Shown piece after piece: positions 1 through 14,400 of a stretch of DNA of 64,000 nt. The number at the start of each line of letters is the position of its first letter. Positions within the stretch are counted from its first letter, which is position 1. The DNA lies in the NCBI GenBank assembly GCA_047967505.1, contig CM106538.1. One strand, written 5' to 3'. The DNA is from Dipteris shenzhenensis (Eukaryota). Position numbers and translations under genes: made by a program. The notes beneath the pieces were generated by a model. The model was not told where the DNA came from and did not search any database. It was given only the letters and a program-made list of their open reading frames with translations.

Positions 1-737
1 TCCCCTTCTTTGGTTACACGGTCAGTAATGCCACGAGGTTCCAGATTAGTTATAGAGGTTGGAGACCTTCCAGAGCCCCTAATTGGGAGACTTATTAGGT
101 TTTTGCAGACTTGCAAAGAGTGTTTTAGAGGAGGCTTTGGAAGTCCTAAAGAAATAAAAAGATCACTTTATTTTTTTGGCTTTCTAGTCGTGGACGAATT
201 GCAGTGAACAAGTGGAGGTCCAGGTTTGGTGGGCAGACTCCACTTGTCCTACTCCACTTGTCCTAGGTACTCGTCTGTGGAGGAGTCAGTCCATCATTGC
301 TTATGGGACTGCAGGTGTGCAAGAGTCGTATGGATAAGGGCTGCTAGGATCCTCGGCACCTTTGTCCCTTCTCATTTTCTTCATGACTTGGGAATCAGTG
401 GCTTGGCTCTCCTTGATAGGACCTCAGATCTTCTATGAGTGGCAGGATGCTTTCTAGGCCATCTCCATCTGACGACACCTAGTCGAGCCTTGCTATTTGG
501 AGGATGTGCCTATCTCCCACTATAGACCAGTTCATGCTGATGTGGATTCTTCTTGGGAGATATTGGCTGCTATTACGGTGATAGGACAAAACCTGTATCA
601 AGTTTTTGAGCACTGTATATAGCTGTGGGTAGGCACATAGTTGTACACATCTAGGGTAGGTGTGGGCTTTTGGCATTTGTGGATTTTTCTTTCACAAGCA
701 TGATGGACTAATGTATAGTTTTTTGAAACAATAAAGT
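1..737 (+). mobile_element. 3' end of a decayed L1-clade LINE (zf-RVT region)
   Basis: ORF 226..438 has CPRYSSVEESVHHCLWDC (zf-RVT-like), followed by Trp-rich C-terminal remnants and AATAAA near 730. Confidence 0.65.
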
Positions 738-1171
738 ATGTTTTGCAGGGACTTCATGGGAAATGATGAAATGCAATGTGGTTGTACCAGACTTCTAGAG
801 CAAGGGTGTTCAGTGTGTGGTCAAGTGAAATGTTTTTGGGGTCATGTAAAGCCAAGTCATGAAGGGTTTTATTATATTTTCCTGAGTCAATGTGCACTTG
901 CATGTTACAGGAATTTGATATGTTCTGGTGTCCATGTCGAGGGGCTTTTCATGTGTGTGTACAGGGGTGCATGAAAGCCTTAATTTGCATGCTAATGTGT
1001 GTGGGAATTGTGTGACCAAAGGTCCAAAATGTGCATTTAATGTGCCTTGGAGGATATTTGCATTTTTTAAATGGAAGAGTGGTAAATTCTACGTGATGAC
1101 GTGGCTGGAAAATCTGGAAGGGAATGTATGCATGCAAGGTGGCTAGGTGATCAAGGAAGGGGGATGCTTTG

Positions 1172-1645
1172 TGTTATGCTCTAGCCGAGATAGCATGACC
1201 TCGGATAGATCGGTGGGCATTTTCTCTTAGATGACCAACTTTTGTAATAGTTAATGTGCGTAATTAAAATGGTCAAGAGAAGTAACTGCCAAGGTCCTAG
1301 GTGAGGGCGGAATGGCATTGACTAGATAGTTCTGAGTGCTAAGGCCTAGGTGCACCTAAATGTGCAATAATGCCAAGGGGCAAGTGGATTTTAATGTGCC
1401 CAAGAGAGGGGTAAAAAGGTGCACCAAGTGGAGAGGCTATAATGATGACATTTGGCAAGGAGAACTATCTAGGGAATTGAGGGTCTCATGGATAGGAATG
1501 AACGAAATAACGAAGAGATCTGTGAATCAACTATCCAAGAGAGAAGGCTGGGTGGAAATATAGCAAGCCATCGCCCGTGATAATTTTGACGACGAGCAGA
1601 GATTTAACCCAAGGGAAAAGACGACGATAGAGTAAGTTTCTGATA
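1172..1645 (+). repeat. 5' LTR of G1 (474 bp, TG...TA)
   Basis: Direct repeat of 7302-7774, followed by TT and the PBS. Confidence 0.95.
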
Positions 1646-2603
1646 TTTGGTATCAGAGCGACAGGAAGAGATCAGGGAAGGGTGGAAACAGCGATGCTGT
1701 GTGACGGTACAAGAGAAATTCACTAAAGTTCGAAAGGGTGCACTTGCTCCAACTTCCAAAGCAAGTGATACTAGTCGCACAAATCCATCGCCACGAAGCT
1801 TTGAGTGAGCATGTCCAAAAGTTGGCCTCCGATTCACGAACGTAATTCACAAGAATTCGATCCCTCCAAGTGACCTTGCCCGTGGCTACGGGAGTTGGGG
1901 CAATGGAATGCCTGCAGCGGAGAAAGGTCGTGATAATTGGTATCGTGGATCTAGACTTTCCATCGCAGGGGCTGCACATTTCCCATTGAAAGTTCGAATA
2001 GCAGTAGCAGGTTTGGTGTCGTCCAAGCAGTTGGGTGCTTCATCGTGCGGCATATACTCTGAGCGCCGAGGCAAGGATTTTGGAAAGCAATAGCCAAGGG
2101 CAATTCAACGTGGGAACGATTAAAGTGAAGAGCACTCTTGACGACGCCTTGCGCAACAAGGCATCCACCACGTCATGATGTAGCTACAAGCAGCAGCACG
2201 CTTCAATCGCCTTCTTACGTTTGACGAGCTCTCCAGTACCCGCCCCGCAGCAGCAACAGCTCGCCGCCTTCGTCCCTCATTTTTCTTGCTTTTCGCTATC
2301 TCGGAGAGGGCTACCGCTATTGCTATCGTTGGTTCGACAACAGGAACCACTCACGACTTCATCTGGGACCTGACTGTCTATTCAAAGTCAGAAAGAAAGG
2401 GAGATCCTGGTCAGGAGTAATTACCAGGGAGCACCTTTTTCCCTTATACAGATTTTCCAGTTTCCAGTTGTAGTGTAGTTATTTCAGTACTTCTCTTGGA
2501 ATTTAGTGTGCGAAAAGAAAAAGAAAAAGAAGAAGAAAAATATAAATAGCGGGAAAAAAAAAAGAAGAGATATATACATTTTATTTTTTCTTTCAAGGAA
2601 AAA

Positions 2604-5600
2604 ATGGATACCGAGGGACAAGATTCCAGGATGAATCCTGAAGAATCTAGGATTCAATCCACACAACAGATGTCACATCATGCAGCACCTACTTTGATTG
2701 GTAGGATTTCGATATTAGAGGATGCTTTACAGCAGATTATGAACCAGCAGCTTCAAGTGAATGCTGGTCAAAATGAGATCAGGGAGATGGTGCAAGCCTT
2801 GTCGGCTAGACCGTCTAGGATTGATAAGGGCAAAGCTCCAGCAGAGCCAGAGCCCAGTATACATTCCTTAGAGCGCGCAAGGGTCAAAGTGCCCAATATC
2901 GCTAATTATAGACCGGAGAAGTACGCTGGTCGGATGACCGAGCGCAGCTCTGATGTGATCGAGGTTTGGTTACACAAGTGGGAAGAAGCCTTCGCCATTT
3001 GTGAAATTAGATCCGATCTAAAGAAAATCCGCGAGGCCACACACTTGTTTATTGAGGCAGCGGACAGATGGTGGATAAAGCAACAGAAGGATCAAGTTGC
3101 TCCAACCACCTGGGAAGGGTTTAAAGCTGAATTCAAGAAACACTTTCTTCCACCTGATGAAGAATCCCGAGCTTGGGACGCTTATAGAAATCTTCGTCAG
3201 AGGAGTCTGTCAGTGGCAGAGTACACTGACAAATTCAGAGAATGTGTCATGAAATAACAGACCCTCTCCCTATGTCGGTTCAGTTAAAAGACTATATCTA
3301 TGGACTGAACGACAAGATCAAAATGGAAGTTCGGGCTAAATATGTGACTACATTAGATGAATCCATTGCAGTAGCCCTGAACTATGAGGATGCTAGAGGC
3401 AGATCTGGGGGATTTGTGCAGGCAGGGACTCAGTATGAGCACCCGAGAAAAGGGGGATTTCAGAGGAAATGGGTTTCAAAGACAAGTGTCTCGCAGCCAA
3501 GTGGCCAAACCAAGCAGGTGAAGCCGGTTGAGGGACCAGTAAAAACAAGTACCACCGTTGGGGTGAAAAGGAAAATAACTCCAATGGCAGCCCGGGCTTG
3601 GTCAAAGTCCTCGTTGACCTCTGAACAAAAGGAGAAAGCTAGAAAAGAAGGATTGTGCTTCAGCTGCCTTCAGCGACATCAGTGGAAGGATTGTCCACTG
3701 AATAAAGACCGTCGCACGGCTAATATGATAATATCTGAATGCGACGTAGAAATGCAAGAGAGTCCCAGTGCGGAACATATGCAGATGCAACTGGCGGGAC
3801 CTTCTCAGAGGTTAGTACCTTGTTTGTTATGTGTATCTGTTGCTAAGTTAGTGACGAGTGCACCTGATAACATCCTATCTAAGCCCGCAGCAACGGGGTA
3901 TACGGCCTTTAATGATACGGAGTTAATTAAAATGAAAGGGCAAGTGGCCAGTCATGATGTCATTGTGTTGTTTGACTCGGCGTCAACTCACAATGTGATT
4001 AACTCCAAGCTCGTGAAGAGGCTGAAACTAAAGACAAGTCCATCTGACTATGCGTATACAGTCAGGATGGCCGATGGAAGTTCAACTGAAGTATGGGACC
4101 AAAGGGTTACCCAGTTGGAGCTTCGGATTCAGGACTATGCTGAGAAGCTTGATTTTGAAATGACCAAGCTTGCTCATGCAGATATAGCCCTGGGAATGGC
4201 GTGGCATTCTAGGAAGAATCCAGCCATTGATTGGAAAAAGCACGTATATCAATTCAAGATGAATGATGTGCTTTATGTCTTACGAGGTGAAAAAGATATA
4301 CCTCAGGGACCGTTGGTTTCTGTGATGGAAATCAGAAAGGCTCAAGTCGAGTCTTTATTCCTTTGCACAGCATCAATAGAGCCGGTGGATGATTCTTCGG
4401 CTAGCACTGATGTTACGCAAAGTGGTGAGATGGTCAAGCTGGCTAATCTTATAACAGAGGAGTTCTCTGAATGTTTTAGGGATGAACTACCTTATGGGTT
4501 ACCTCCAGAACGGAAAGTTCAACATAAGATTGAACTGATCCCGGGGGCAGAACCTGTAAATAGACCTCCCTATAGAATGAGTTTTGCTGAAGAAGCGGAG
4601 GTGCGTAGGCAGCTGGAAGAATACCTCAAGTTGGGGCAGATTCAACCAAGTTTCTCACCTTTTGCTTCGCCAGTGATATTAAAGAGGAAAAAGGATGATA
4701 CGTTTCGCCTCTGTATAGATTACAGAGCATTGAATAATATCACTGTTAAGCACAGGTATCCGATGGCTCGGATTGATGATTTGCTAGATGCATTACATGG
4801 AGCCGTGATTTTCAGCAAGATAGATCTTAAGTGCGGCTACCATCAGATCCGGATTAGAACCGAGGATGTGCATAAAACCGCTTTCAGAAGCAGGTTTGGT
4901 CATTATGAGTTTTTGGTAATGCCCTTCGGACTTACCAATGCTCCAGCGACCTTCGTCATGCTTATGAACGATTTACTACGTCCGTATATCGGAAAGTTCG
5001 TAGTACATTTTATTGACGATATCTTGATATTCAGTAAGAGTGTTACTGAACATCGTGAACACTTAAGGATAGTGTTCAGTACTTTGAGGAAAGCCAGTCT
5101 TTATGTGAATAAAAAGAAAACTATACTGTGTATGGTTAGGCTTGAGTATTTAGGGTTCATAATTACTCCACAGGGGGTAGAAATGGATCCAAAGAAAGTG
5201 GCTGCGATACTAACTTGGCCAATCCCTCAGAGTCTAACCGTGTTGCGATCATTCTTGGGATTTGTCCAGTTTTATAGAAGGCATATCAAAGGATATTCCG
5301 GAATAGTATCGCCATTGACTGATCTGACCTCAGATAAAGTACCTTTTATTTGGGGACAGAATCAACAGGAAAGTTTTAATACCATAAAACAAGCTGTGGT
5401 CTCAGGACCGGTGTTAAAAATAGTTGATCCCCAGAAACCGTTGTTCCTAGAAACCGATGTAAGTGGCATTGCGGTAGGAGCAGTCCTCCTTCAAGAGGGA
5501 AGGCCAGTAGCCTTCGAAAGCAAGAAGCTTTCTCCCTCTCAAAGGAATTGGCCAACTCATGAATTGGAGTTGTATGCAGTTATCCATGCTTTGAAAACAT

Positions 5601-7289
5601 GGAGGCATTATTTGTATGGTTCAGAGTTTTATGTGGATGTGGATCATGATACTCTGAAACATTTTTGTAAACAGCCTGACTTGAGGGGCCGCCAAGCTAG
5701 GTGGGCAGAGCTCATGCAGGAGTTTAATCTAACGATTCGGTACCGAAGAGGAAAAGACAATAAGGTTGCTGATGCGTTGTCTCGCATTATGCACAACCTG
5801 AGTTTCACGGTATTAGAGAGTGCTCTAATGACCGAGATAAGAGAAACTCAAAAAGTGGACGAGTTTGTCCAGAGCTTATGGCCTAAAGCTCATGTGTTAA
5901 AACCCGGGGAAAATGAAAAGGATGACCTGGCATCCAGAAAAGGCCAAACTTATGCAAGATATACCATAAGAGATGGTATGCTAGTTAGAAATGGCAAGGT
6001 TGTAGTACCTGGTCAGAATGATCTCAGGCAGAGAGTCATTCAACAATGCCATGATAGCCCGTGTGCGGGACATCTAGGTGTCGAGAAGACATATAATCTC
6101 GTGAAGCGAGATTTCTTTTGGCCAAAGATGAAAAAGCATATTCATGAATATGTGACACGGTGTTTCTCGTGTCAGGTAAGTAAGGCCGAGCGGGTGAAGC
6201 CACCTGGACTTTCACAGCCCTTGGAAATACCACTAAGTAAGTGGGAGAGCATTTCCATGGACTTTATTGTAGGGCTACCTGCAACACAAGGAGGGTATAA
6301 TTCTATCCTTGTGGTGGTTGATCGTCTAACCAAGATGGCTCACTTCATTCCGACTAGAGAGTCTGTTAGTGCCCCGCAAGTGGCGGATTTGTTTATTAGA
6401 CATATATTTCGTCTGCATGGATTGCCTAGATCCATAGTGTCAGACAGAGATGTTAGATTTACCGGTCATTTTTGGACAGCGGTATTTGAGACACTAAGGA
6501 CTGAGTTGGGAATGAGTAGTAGGGATCATCCTGAGACGGATGGTCAGACGGAGAGAGTCAACCAGACTTTAGAGGATATGCTGAGGGCATATGTGTCATT
6601 GAGGCAACATACATGGGACAAGTGGTTGCCATTGTTGGAGTTTGCCTACAATGATAGGAAACATTCATCTACTGGGTTCAGTCCGTTTGAGCTGAACTAT
6701 GGTTATAGGCTAGCCAATCCAACTATAGTTGGAGTACCTCAGAAAGTGCCTAGTGCCGCGAACTTTGTAGTTCAGATGCGGGAGACGCTAGCACTTGCGA
6801 GAGCTAATATCCGCCAAGGTGTATGCGGATGAAAATCGGTCTATAAGAGTATTTGAAGAAGGAGAAAAAATTTTTCTCAGAATTCCTTCGCACTCGAAGT
6901 CGTTGACTTCAGGAGAGTGTGCTAAGTTATCACCTCGATACTGTGGGCCGTGGTTAATTCTAAAGAGAATAGGCAGTGTAGCCTATAAATTAGAATTGCC
7001 ACAGGGGTGTAAGGTGCACCCGGTTTTTCATGTTTCGCGCTTAAAGAAATTTTTGCATACAGGTGACTCACTAATTGAAGGTGTGGTTTTGTTTCAGGAG
7101 ATAGAGGATATTGCAAGGCGCCAGCCAACAAGAATCCTGGACCGAGGAACAATGCAAATACGAAATCGGAAGATACCCACGGTGTTGGTTGCATGGCATG
7201 GTCAGCCTCTATCGGAAGCTACCTGGGAATCCATATACCAGTTACGGAGAGCGTTCCCAGATTTCATCATCGAGGACGCTGATGCTTGA
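2604..7289 (+). pseudogene. G1 gag-pol polyprotein, broken by two frameshifts
   Basis: Gag 2604-3257; zinc knuckle CFSCLQRHQWKDC; protease LFDSASTHN; RT FIDDILI; RNase H ETDVSG; integrase HHCC and DDE (MDFIVGLP, SDRD, ERVNQ); chromodomain LVAWHGQPLSEATWES. 1-bp deletion near 3254 and 17-bp deletion near 6816. Confidence 0.93.
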
Positions 7290-7301
7290 AGAGGGAAGGA
7301 A

Positions 7302-7774
7302 TGTTATGCTCTAGCCGAGATAGCATGACCTCGGATAGATCGGTGGGCATTTTCTCTTAGATGACCAACTTTTGTAATAGTTAATGTGCGTAATTAAAAT
7401 GGTCAAGAGAAGTAACTGCCAAGGTCCTAGGTGAGGGCGGAATGGCATTGACTAGATAGTTCTGAGTGCTAAGGCCTAGGTGCACCTAAATGTGCAATAA
7501 TGCCAAGGGGCAAGTGGATTTTAATGGGCCCAAGAGAGGGGTAAAAAGGTGCACCAAGTGGAGAGGCTATAATGATGACATTTGGCAAGGAGAACTATCT
7601 AGGAATTAAGGGTCTCATGGATAGGAATGAACGAAATAACGAAGAGATCTGTGAATCAACTATCCAAGAGAGAAGGCTGGGTGGAAATATAGCAAGCCAT
7701 CGCCCGTGATAATTTTGACGACGAGCAGAGATTTAACCCAAGGGAAAAGACGACGATAGAGTAAGTTTCTGATA
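7302..7774 (+). repeat. 3' LTR of G1 (473 bp)
   Basis: Follows the PPT; differs from the 5' LTR by 2 substitutions and a 1-bp indel by eye. Confidence 0.95.
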
Positions 7775-10700
7775 CTCTGGCTGACGAGTGGGCTGATATG
7801 TGGGATGGCGACTACTGGAGAGTTCTAGAAAACGTGGATGAGCGGAAGAGATCAGGTTGGGGGGAAGAAAGCGAAGAAGGAGAGAGGAGAGGATCTGCTG
7901 GTCGATGAACGGATGGTTCACGGGCTCCAAATTGTTGTACAAGCGCAGTGCGTCAGGGTGTAGAGGGCTGTGACAATCTGAGAGAGCAATTGGGCTGTGT
8001 ACGGGCTGTCAACGTGGTGTGATGATCTGAAAAAAAATAGCACAGGGTTGATGGGCTGTTAGCTGAGCGGAGAGCTAACGGGCTGATCGACATGAAGTAC
8101 GAGCCGCTTATTTTGGGCTGTGGGTTTGTTACCTTTAATCACGCACAAGTGTGCAGGCTGCGTGGGGGAGCTTAGCTGGAACAGAAGACAGATTGGGAGT
8201 TGTCACTTCTGGAAGCACTCGTGATGTGGTTGCTTACAATTCTGAGTATGACGTACAGTTTGTGTGCAGATGCAATAGTGACTGAACGGAAGTCATGATA
8301 GGGACTTTGATCGTTGAGGATTCATGAGTTTATAGGTGGAGGGGATGACTCCATGGATTAGCATTCTTGGGGGTTCTTTGTGCATGAGGATTCTGTACAA
8401 GAATAAGTATGAGCTGTTTATCATATACAAGCTGCTGGAAGGAGGTGTTGTAGATACATCATGTGTGGTTGATATGTCGTACAAAGAACGACTGGGTGTA
8501 TGAACAATTCTTGGTTGACACAGAGCTACAACAAGTCAAAGCCTTCTTTCCCCTCTTTCAAAGAGTCTGTGTGTTCCTCTGTGTGTATTCTAGTCAGATT
8601 GTGTGGGAGATTGACTTGTGTGGGAGATTGACTTGTTATTTGTGTGCTCTAGACATCTGCTCTCGAACCTGGTTCATAAGCTTATCATCTATGGGCCCAC
8701 ATTGTAGCTGATCCCTATGAAGTCTCAGCTATCTGATGTGGTGAAGTACATAATTCCTGGTTGTCTTTCCTTTTTTTTCCTTATCATCTTTTTGGCGATC
8801 CTACTGGGGACAAGAGGAGTTTTGAATTGAGATTGGGTACTCAAGACAAAATGGCCCAGAAGATTGGCTGGGGAATGTTGCTTCAATTTCTGTGTGGTTA
8901 GGGATTGAAACTATGAAGACAAAGCCTCATATGAGAGTGATTCATTGTGAGTTATGTGGGGAGTGTGGACACAGGAGAGATAGATGCCTTGATGTTGAAC
9001 TTCGGGTGATGCGTCTCCGTGCTAAGGTTCAAAAGGCTTTGAAAGTGATTGCTCTTAGGAAGAAGAATGCCAATCAGATGCAGGGTAAGTTTTCTTCAGT
9101 AGAGTGATTATTTTTGTTTTCTTCCCAGAAGAGGTTGGGTGGTATTTCTGGTTGGGGGTGTGTTTGAGATAAGTTAGTCAAGAGGAGAGATGGCTCATGA
9201 ATTTCCTCGATTTCACGGGTTGCCCAATGAAGACCCAGAGAGGTTTTTAGTGTGCTTTGAGTTCACAGCTCTTATTAAAGACAGGAATGCTCCAAAAGTC
9301 CTTCAGATTCTATCCTTTTGTCTATTGGGAGAAGCGAGAACTTGGCTGCAAGATTTCTCTGCAAGGATGCATGATGATCAGGGTGCTCACAGAAACCCGA
9401 CTTATCCAAAGGTGAGGAATGTGTGTTAGAGATCCTAATGGTATTTGGAGAGAGCTATGTTTACTGCAGCAACAGCCGACTCAATTAGTGGATGAGTATG
9501 TCGCTAAGTTCACTGTGTTGTGGAATAAATGGTAGGTGGCCTTATTACTTGAAGTTCTTCCCAGAGTCATAAAAAAGGATAGGTTTGTTACTGGTCTGAA
9601 GCCGGAGATTAGGATAAAGATTGAATGTAAAGAGCTGGTCACTTATGAGGATGCTCTCAGGATAGCAAAAGAGAAGGAGAGGAGGCGGATAAGATTGTCA
9701 CAAATGATGCAAGAGATGCCAATGCTTCAGCATGTGCCCGAAATTATCTCTCATGTGAAGCCAGAAATATAGAAACCTGAAGTCAGGAAGGAGGAGAATA
9801 TAAAAGAAGAAATTCATGAAATGTCGGAGCTTATGAAGAGTTTGAGTTTGAATTTGATGAACGGTTGGGGTAGAGGTAGATCATCGCGTGGTTATGGCAG
9901 AGGCAGCATGCCTTCTTCAAATAATTCAGGCCTGTGGCAGGCAGAACGAGGTCAAGGGTCATTTGCACCTTGTGTCCAGTGCTTTAATTGTGGAGAGTGG
10001 GGACATTACAGGACACACTGTGATAAGCCTCCTCGTGCTAGAGGTGATGTTTATCCATTGCCAACAGGGTTAAATAATAGGGTGAATGATCATAGTGTAG
10101 AAGTAAAAGATGCAGGTCAGCCTAGTACCTCTGAAATCTGTAAAGCCACTGCAGAAGAGAAAGGGAAAGGTAAGGCAGCTACATTTGGCTTGTTGGAGTT
10201 GGAGGAAGTTAAAGATGTCATGCCATTAGGAAAGAGAGATAGAGAAGAGGAGGTTGGTCCGAGTGCAAAGAAGAGGAATGATGCCTGCGGGGTTGGGAGA
10301 GCCTATCCTTTGATTCTTGGAAGGCCGTGGTTGAGGAAGGTAGGTGCAATTCAGAATTGGCAGAGAGGAATCTTTTCTGTACATACGAATGGGAAGAAAT
10401 TGAATTTCGATATGGTAAGCAGGGCTGAAGTTTCAGATTCAGCAAGTGAAGAGGAAGAGAGAAGTGAAACCAGCAGTGAGGATGAGAGCTCGATGACTTC
10501 AGAAAGTGATGAAGGAACAATAGCATTGGTGGATTTGGTAGATGAGGATTCACAGGTATATTTTGTGGGGGCAGCAGGGTTCGGTGAGGAAGAGGTGAAT
10601 AGGTTTGAGGTTATCGAGGATTTAATGCAGCCCAAATGTTCTCAAGAATCAATCGAGGTGTTGACTGAGCAATCATTGAATCATGATCTCAATGTTGAGG

Positions 10701-11439
10701 AGAAAGAAGAATATTCGAAGATGTTGCAAAAATACCCCAATTTGTTTATCACCTCTTATGAGGAGATCAGGGGATTTAAAGGGAAGCCTCTGAGGATTGA
10801 GCTGAACAAAGGTGCCAAACCTGTTTTTCAGAAAATAAGGAGATTAAGCCCAGAACACAAAGATGTGCTGAAGGAAGAGGTAGATAAGCTTCTCAAGGCA
10901 GGAATAATTTATCCTGTAGTTCACTCTGATTGGATAAGTCCTGCGGTCATAGTGCCAAAAGGTGTAGACAAATGGAGAGTCTGTGTCAATTACAAACCTC
11001 TGAATGCAGTGACAAAGAGAAACCACTATCCTCTGCCTTTTTTGGATGATATTCTTGATAAAGTGGTGGGTCATGAAATGTACAGCTTGTGTGATGGATA
11101 TTCAAGGTACTTCCAGATAGCCATAGCCCAGGAAGATCAAATCAAGACTACTTTCATTACCCCCTGGGGCTGTTTTTGTTACAGTTGGAGTTACCAATGG
11201 CCCCTCGCACTATCAGGAGAATTCAGATCTGATTTTATCACCTTTCCTAGATAAATTTTGTAAAGTCTTTATTGATGACATTTGTGTCTACAGTGGAAGA
11301 GGGGAGCACTGTGGCAAGCTGGATCAGGTATTTTATGAGATTGATAATAATGGTGGTCAATTAAATCCTAAGAAGACTCAGTTAGCTCAGACCAGCATTA
11401 AAATGTTGGGGCATATTGTATCTGAGAATGGGATTGAGC

Positions 11440-14400
11440 CACCCCCCTGTAGTGCCAATGTCATGTACAAGGCTGATCAATCACCAAATGGATATAAGTT
11501 CAGGGCACTGCGAAATGCCTCAAACTTTTCATGTGGTAGTGCTTTGGTGAAAATATCTGCAACGTTGTCATGTGTGGACACAAAGATCATACTGATCTCT
11601 CCTGCATGCAACTTCTCTCTGACGTAGTGATAGTGAACCTCAATGTGCTTCGTGCGAGTATGAAACACTGGATTCTTTGCCACTACAATGGCACTCTGAC
11701 TATCAGTGAGAATTGGAGAAGGACCCTCCAAAGACAGATGAAGATCAGCAAATAGACGTTGCAGCCAGGCACATTCAACTGTTGCTGTGAAAGCTGCCCT
11801 GTACTCAGCTTCACATGATGAGGTAGCCACTGTAGATTGTTTCTTGCTCAGCCAGGAAATGCAAGATTTACCCAAAAAGAAACAATTGCCACTAGTGGAC
11901 TGCCTAGTGTCATAATCACCAGCCCAATCTGAATCACTGTAGGCATGCATCTGCAAGTCACCCCCCCCGGGAAATAGCAAGCCAAAAGACTTCGTGCCCT
12001 GCAAATAACGGAAGATGCGCTTGACTGCCTGCCAATGCATAGTTTTTGGGCTGTGCATGTACCTGCTCACCTGAGATACTGCAAACTGAATATCAGGTCT
12101 AGTGTTGCAGAGATATATGAGGCCTCCAACAGCCTGACTATAAAGTGTGGCATCAACTAATTCTCCTGCATCATGCATTGTGAGTTTCAGCCCCGCGGCT
12201 CCATGGGAGTGGCTATGGGCTTACACTCATGCATGTTAAATCTGTCCAAGAGTTTCTGAACATACTTGGACTGAGACATAACAGTGCCACGTCTCTCATG
12301 AGAGAACTGGATCCCCAAATAAAAGTGAAGCAGCCCCAAATCTGACATGTCAAAGTTGGTCTGCAAATCAGCTTTGAAATCTGCAATTTTTTCTTCATTG
12401 GACCCTGTGAGCAATAAGTCATCGACATAAAGAAGGATGACTAAAATTTCCCCCCCATCCATCTTGATGTAGAGGGTGCTCTCAGTAGGACTATTGTGCA
12501 GCCCCTTGCTGGTCAAAAAGGCATGGATCTTGGCATACCATGCACGAGGGGCCTGTTTCAGCCCATATAAAGCTTTGTTAAGCTTGCATACTTGAAGTGC
12601 ATTTGCTGTAATTTCAAAGCCCGGCGGTTGTTTGACATACACCTCTTCCAGCAAGTCCCCATTTAAGAAGGCTGTTTTTATGTCCAACTCATGAACATTC
12701 CACTCAAAATGTGCAGCCATTGCAATAACTGATCGGATGGTGGTCATCCGGGATGTAGGAGCGAATGTCTCCTCATAATCTATAGCCTTTAGCAATCAGC
12801 CTTGCCTTATAGCTGTCAATAGAGCCATCTGGCTTCTGTTTGACCTTGAAAACCCATCGTGTGCCAATGGCATGTTTACCCGGTGGCAAGTCTACAACAT
12901 CCCAAGTCTGATTTTTTGCAATGGACTGCAACTCATCATGCATGGCATTCATCCAATGCACATTGTCCTTTGCCTCTTCGAATGTGGCAGGCTCCGCCTC
13001 ATCAAGAAGAGTACCTGCATATGCTGATTCCACTGAATTAGCACCTTCCATGTGCCTTGCTGCACTGTGAGTCCTGCCAGGTAACGGAGCATCAATTTTA
13101 CTCTCCCTGAGAGTTTGTAACAGCCATTTTGGGACTGTTTTTGCTGCATGTATGTCTGCAGTTTCTTGCTGCACCACCTGTTCCACTGCCTGTGGAGGGG
13201 GCAAGACATCCTGTGGCAGAACTAAAGCATCTGGAGGTCGCTGTAAATTCTGATTTGCATCAGAAAAAATCAGCAGGGGAACCCAAGGCAATGGGTAGCA
13301 ACCCCTCAAAGACATCTTCTGAAGACGAAGTCATTTGAAATTCAGCCGGAGTGTGAGCTGAATTTCCAGAAAATATCACATCTCTACTGACTATGATCTT
13401 GCGTGTAGCAAGATTGTAGAGACGGTACCCCTTGCTTTCTGCACTGTACCCAACAAATATGCACTTAATGGCTTTATCAGACAATTTGTGCCTAAATTCA
13501 ACTGGCACATGAGCATAAGCAAGGCATCCAAAGACTCGGAAGTGATCCACTGAAGGCTTCTTGTCATTCTAGACCTCATAAGGAGTTTTTGTTTTTAAAG
13601 CCTTAGTGGGAACCCGATTCAAAATGTAATTGGCACACATCAAACCCTCAAGCCAGAATTTATGAGACATGTGTTTGCTTTTCAGCATACATCTGTCCAT
13701 CTCCATGAGAGTTCTATTTTTCCTCTCAGCTTTGCCATTTTGCTGAGGGGTCAGCCTGACTGTGAGCTGATGCACAATATCCTTGCCTTTCAGAAAAGCA
13801 TCAAATTCTGCAGACAAGTATTCCCCACCTCTATCTGTGCGCAATGTCTGTATCTTGAGTCCGGTTTCATTTTCAACCATGGCTGCAAAGTGTTTAAACA
13901 CCGTGAACACTTCTGATTTGCGTTTCAGCCCCAAAAACCCAAGTGAAATTGGAGTAATCATCAATAAATGTAACGAAGTAGAGATGACCACCCAACGATG
14001 GAGTCCTCATGGGACCACAGGCATCACTGTGTATAAGCTGTAATTTGCGGACAGCTTTAACTGAACCATCCTTCTTGAAGGGAAATCGATGCATCTTGCC
14101 CAAAATGCACCCTTCACAGGCATGTGGAGGAGGTATCTCAAGAGGTGGCAATGCATCAACTATGGAATACTTTTGAAGTGTCATCAAGCTGTTGTAATGC
14201 ATGTGGCCATATCGGGCATGCCATAATTCTGCATTTTGCATGGCAGCTGTAGGGGTAGAAACTGCAAGAGCATGGGCTGTTCTTTTCTCAAAAAGATCAA
14301 GCTAAAAAAGCCCACGCAGCAGAGTACCAGATAACCGTAAGGCATAGTCATCTTCCCTGTCTCGGACAGCACATTTGTCATCCTCAAAGATGACCTGAAA

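Larger units (their letters stand above)
1172..7774 (+). mobile_element. Full-length Ty3/Gypsy chromovirus LTR retrotransposon (element G1)
   Basis: LTRs 1172-1645 and 7302-7774 (about 3 differences). tRNA-iMet PBS TGGTATCAGAGC at 1648; PPT GAAGAGGGAAGGAA 7288-7301; TSD CTTTG/CTCTG; gag-PR-RT-RH-INT-chromodomain order. Confidence 0.96.

Noticed and set aside
3240-3262. Programmed frameshift or read-through in gag, since G1 and G2 both break within about 6 codons of each other
   Set aside because: The lesions differ (1-bp loss in an A run vs Arg codon to TGA), each copy is intact where the other is broken, and the site is mid-gag with no slippery heptamer. Decay explains it best.
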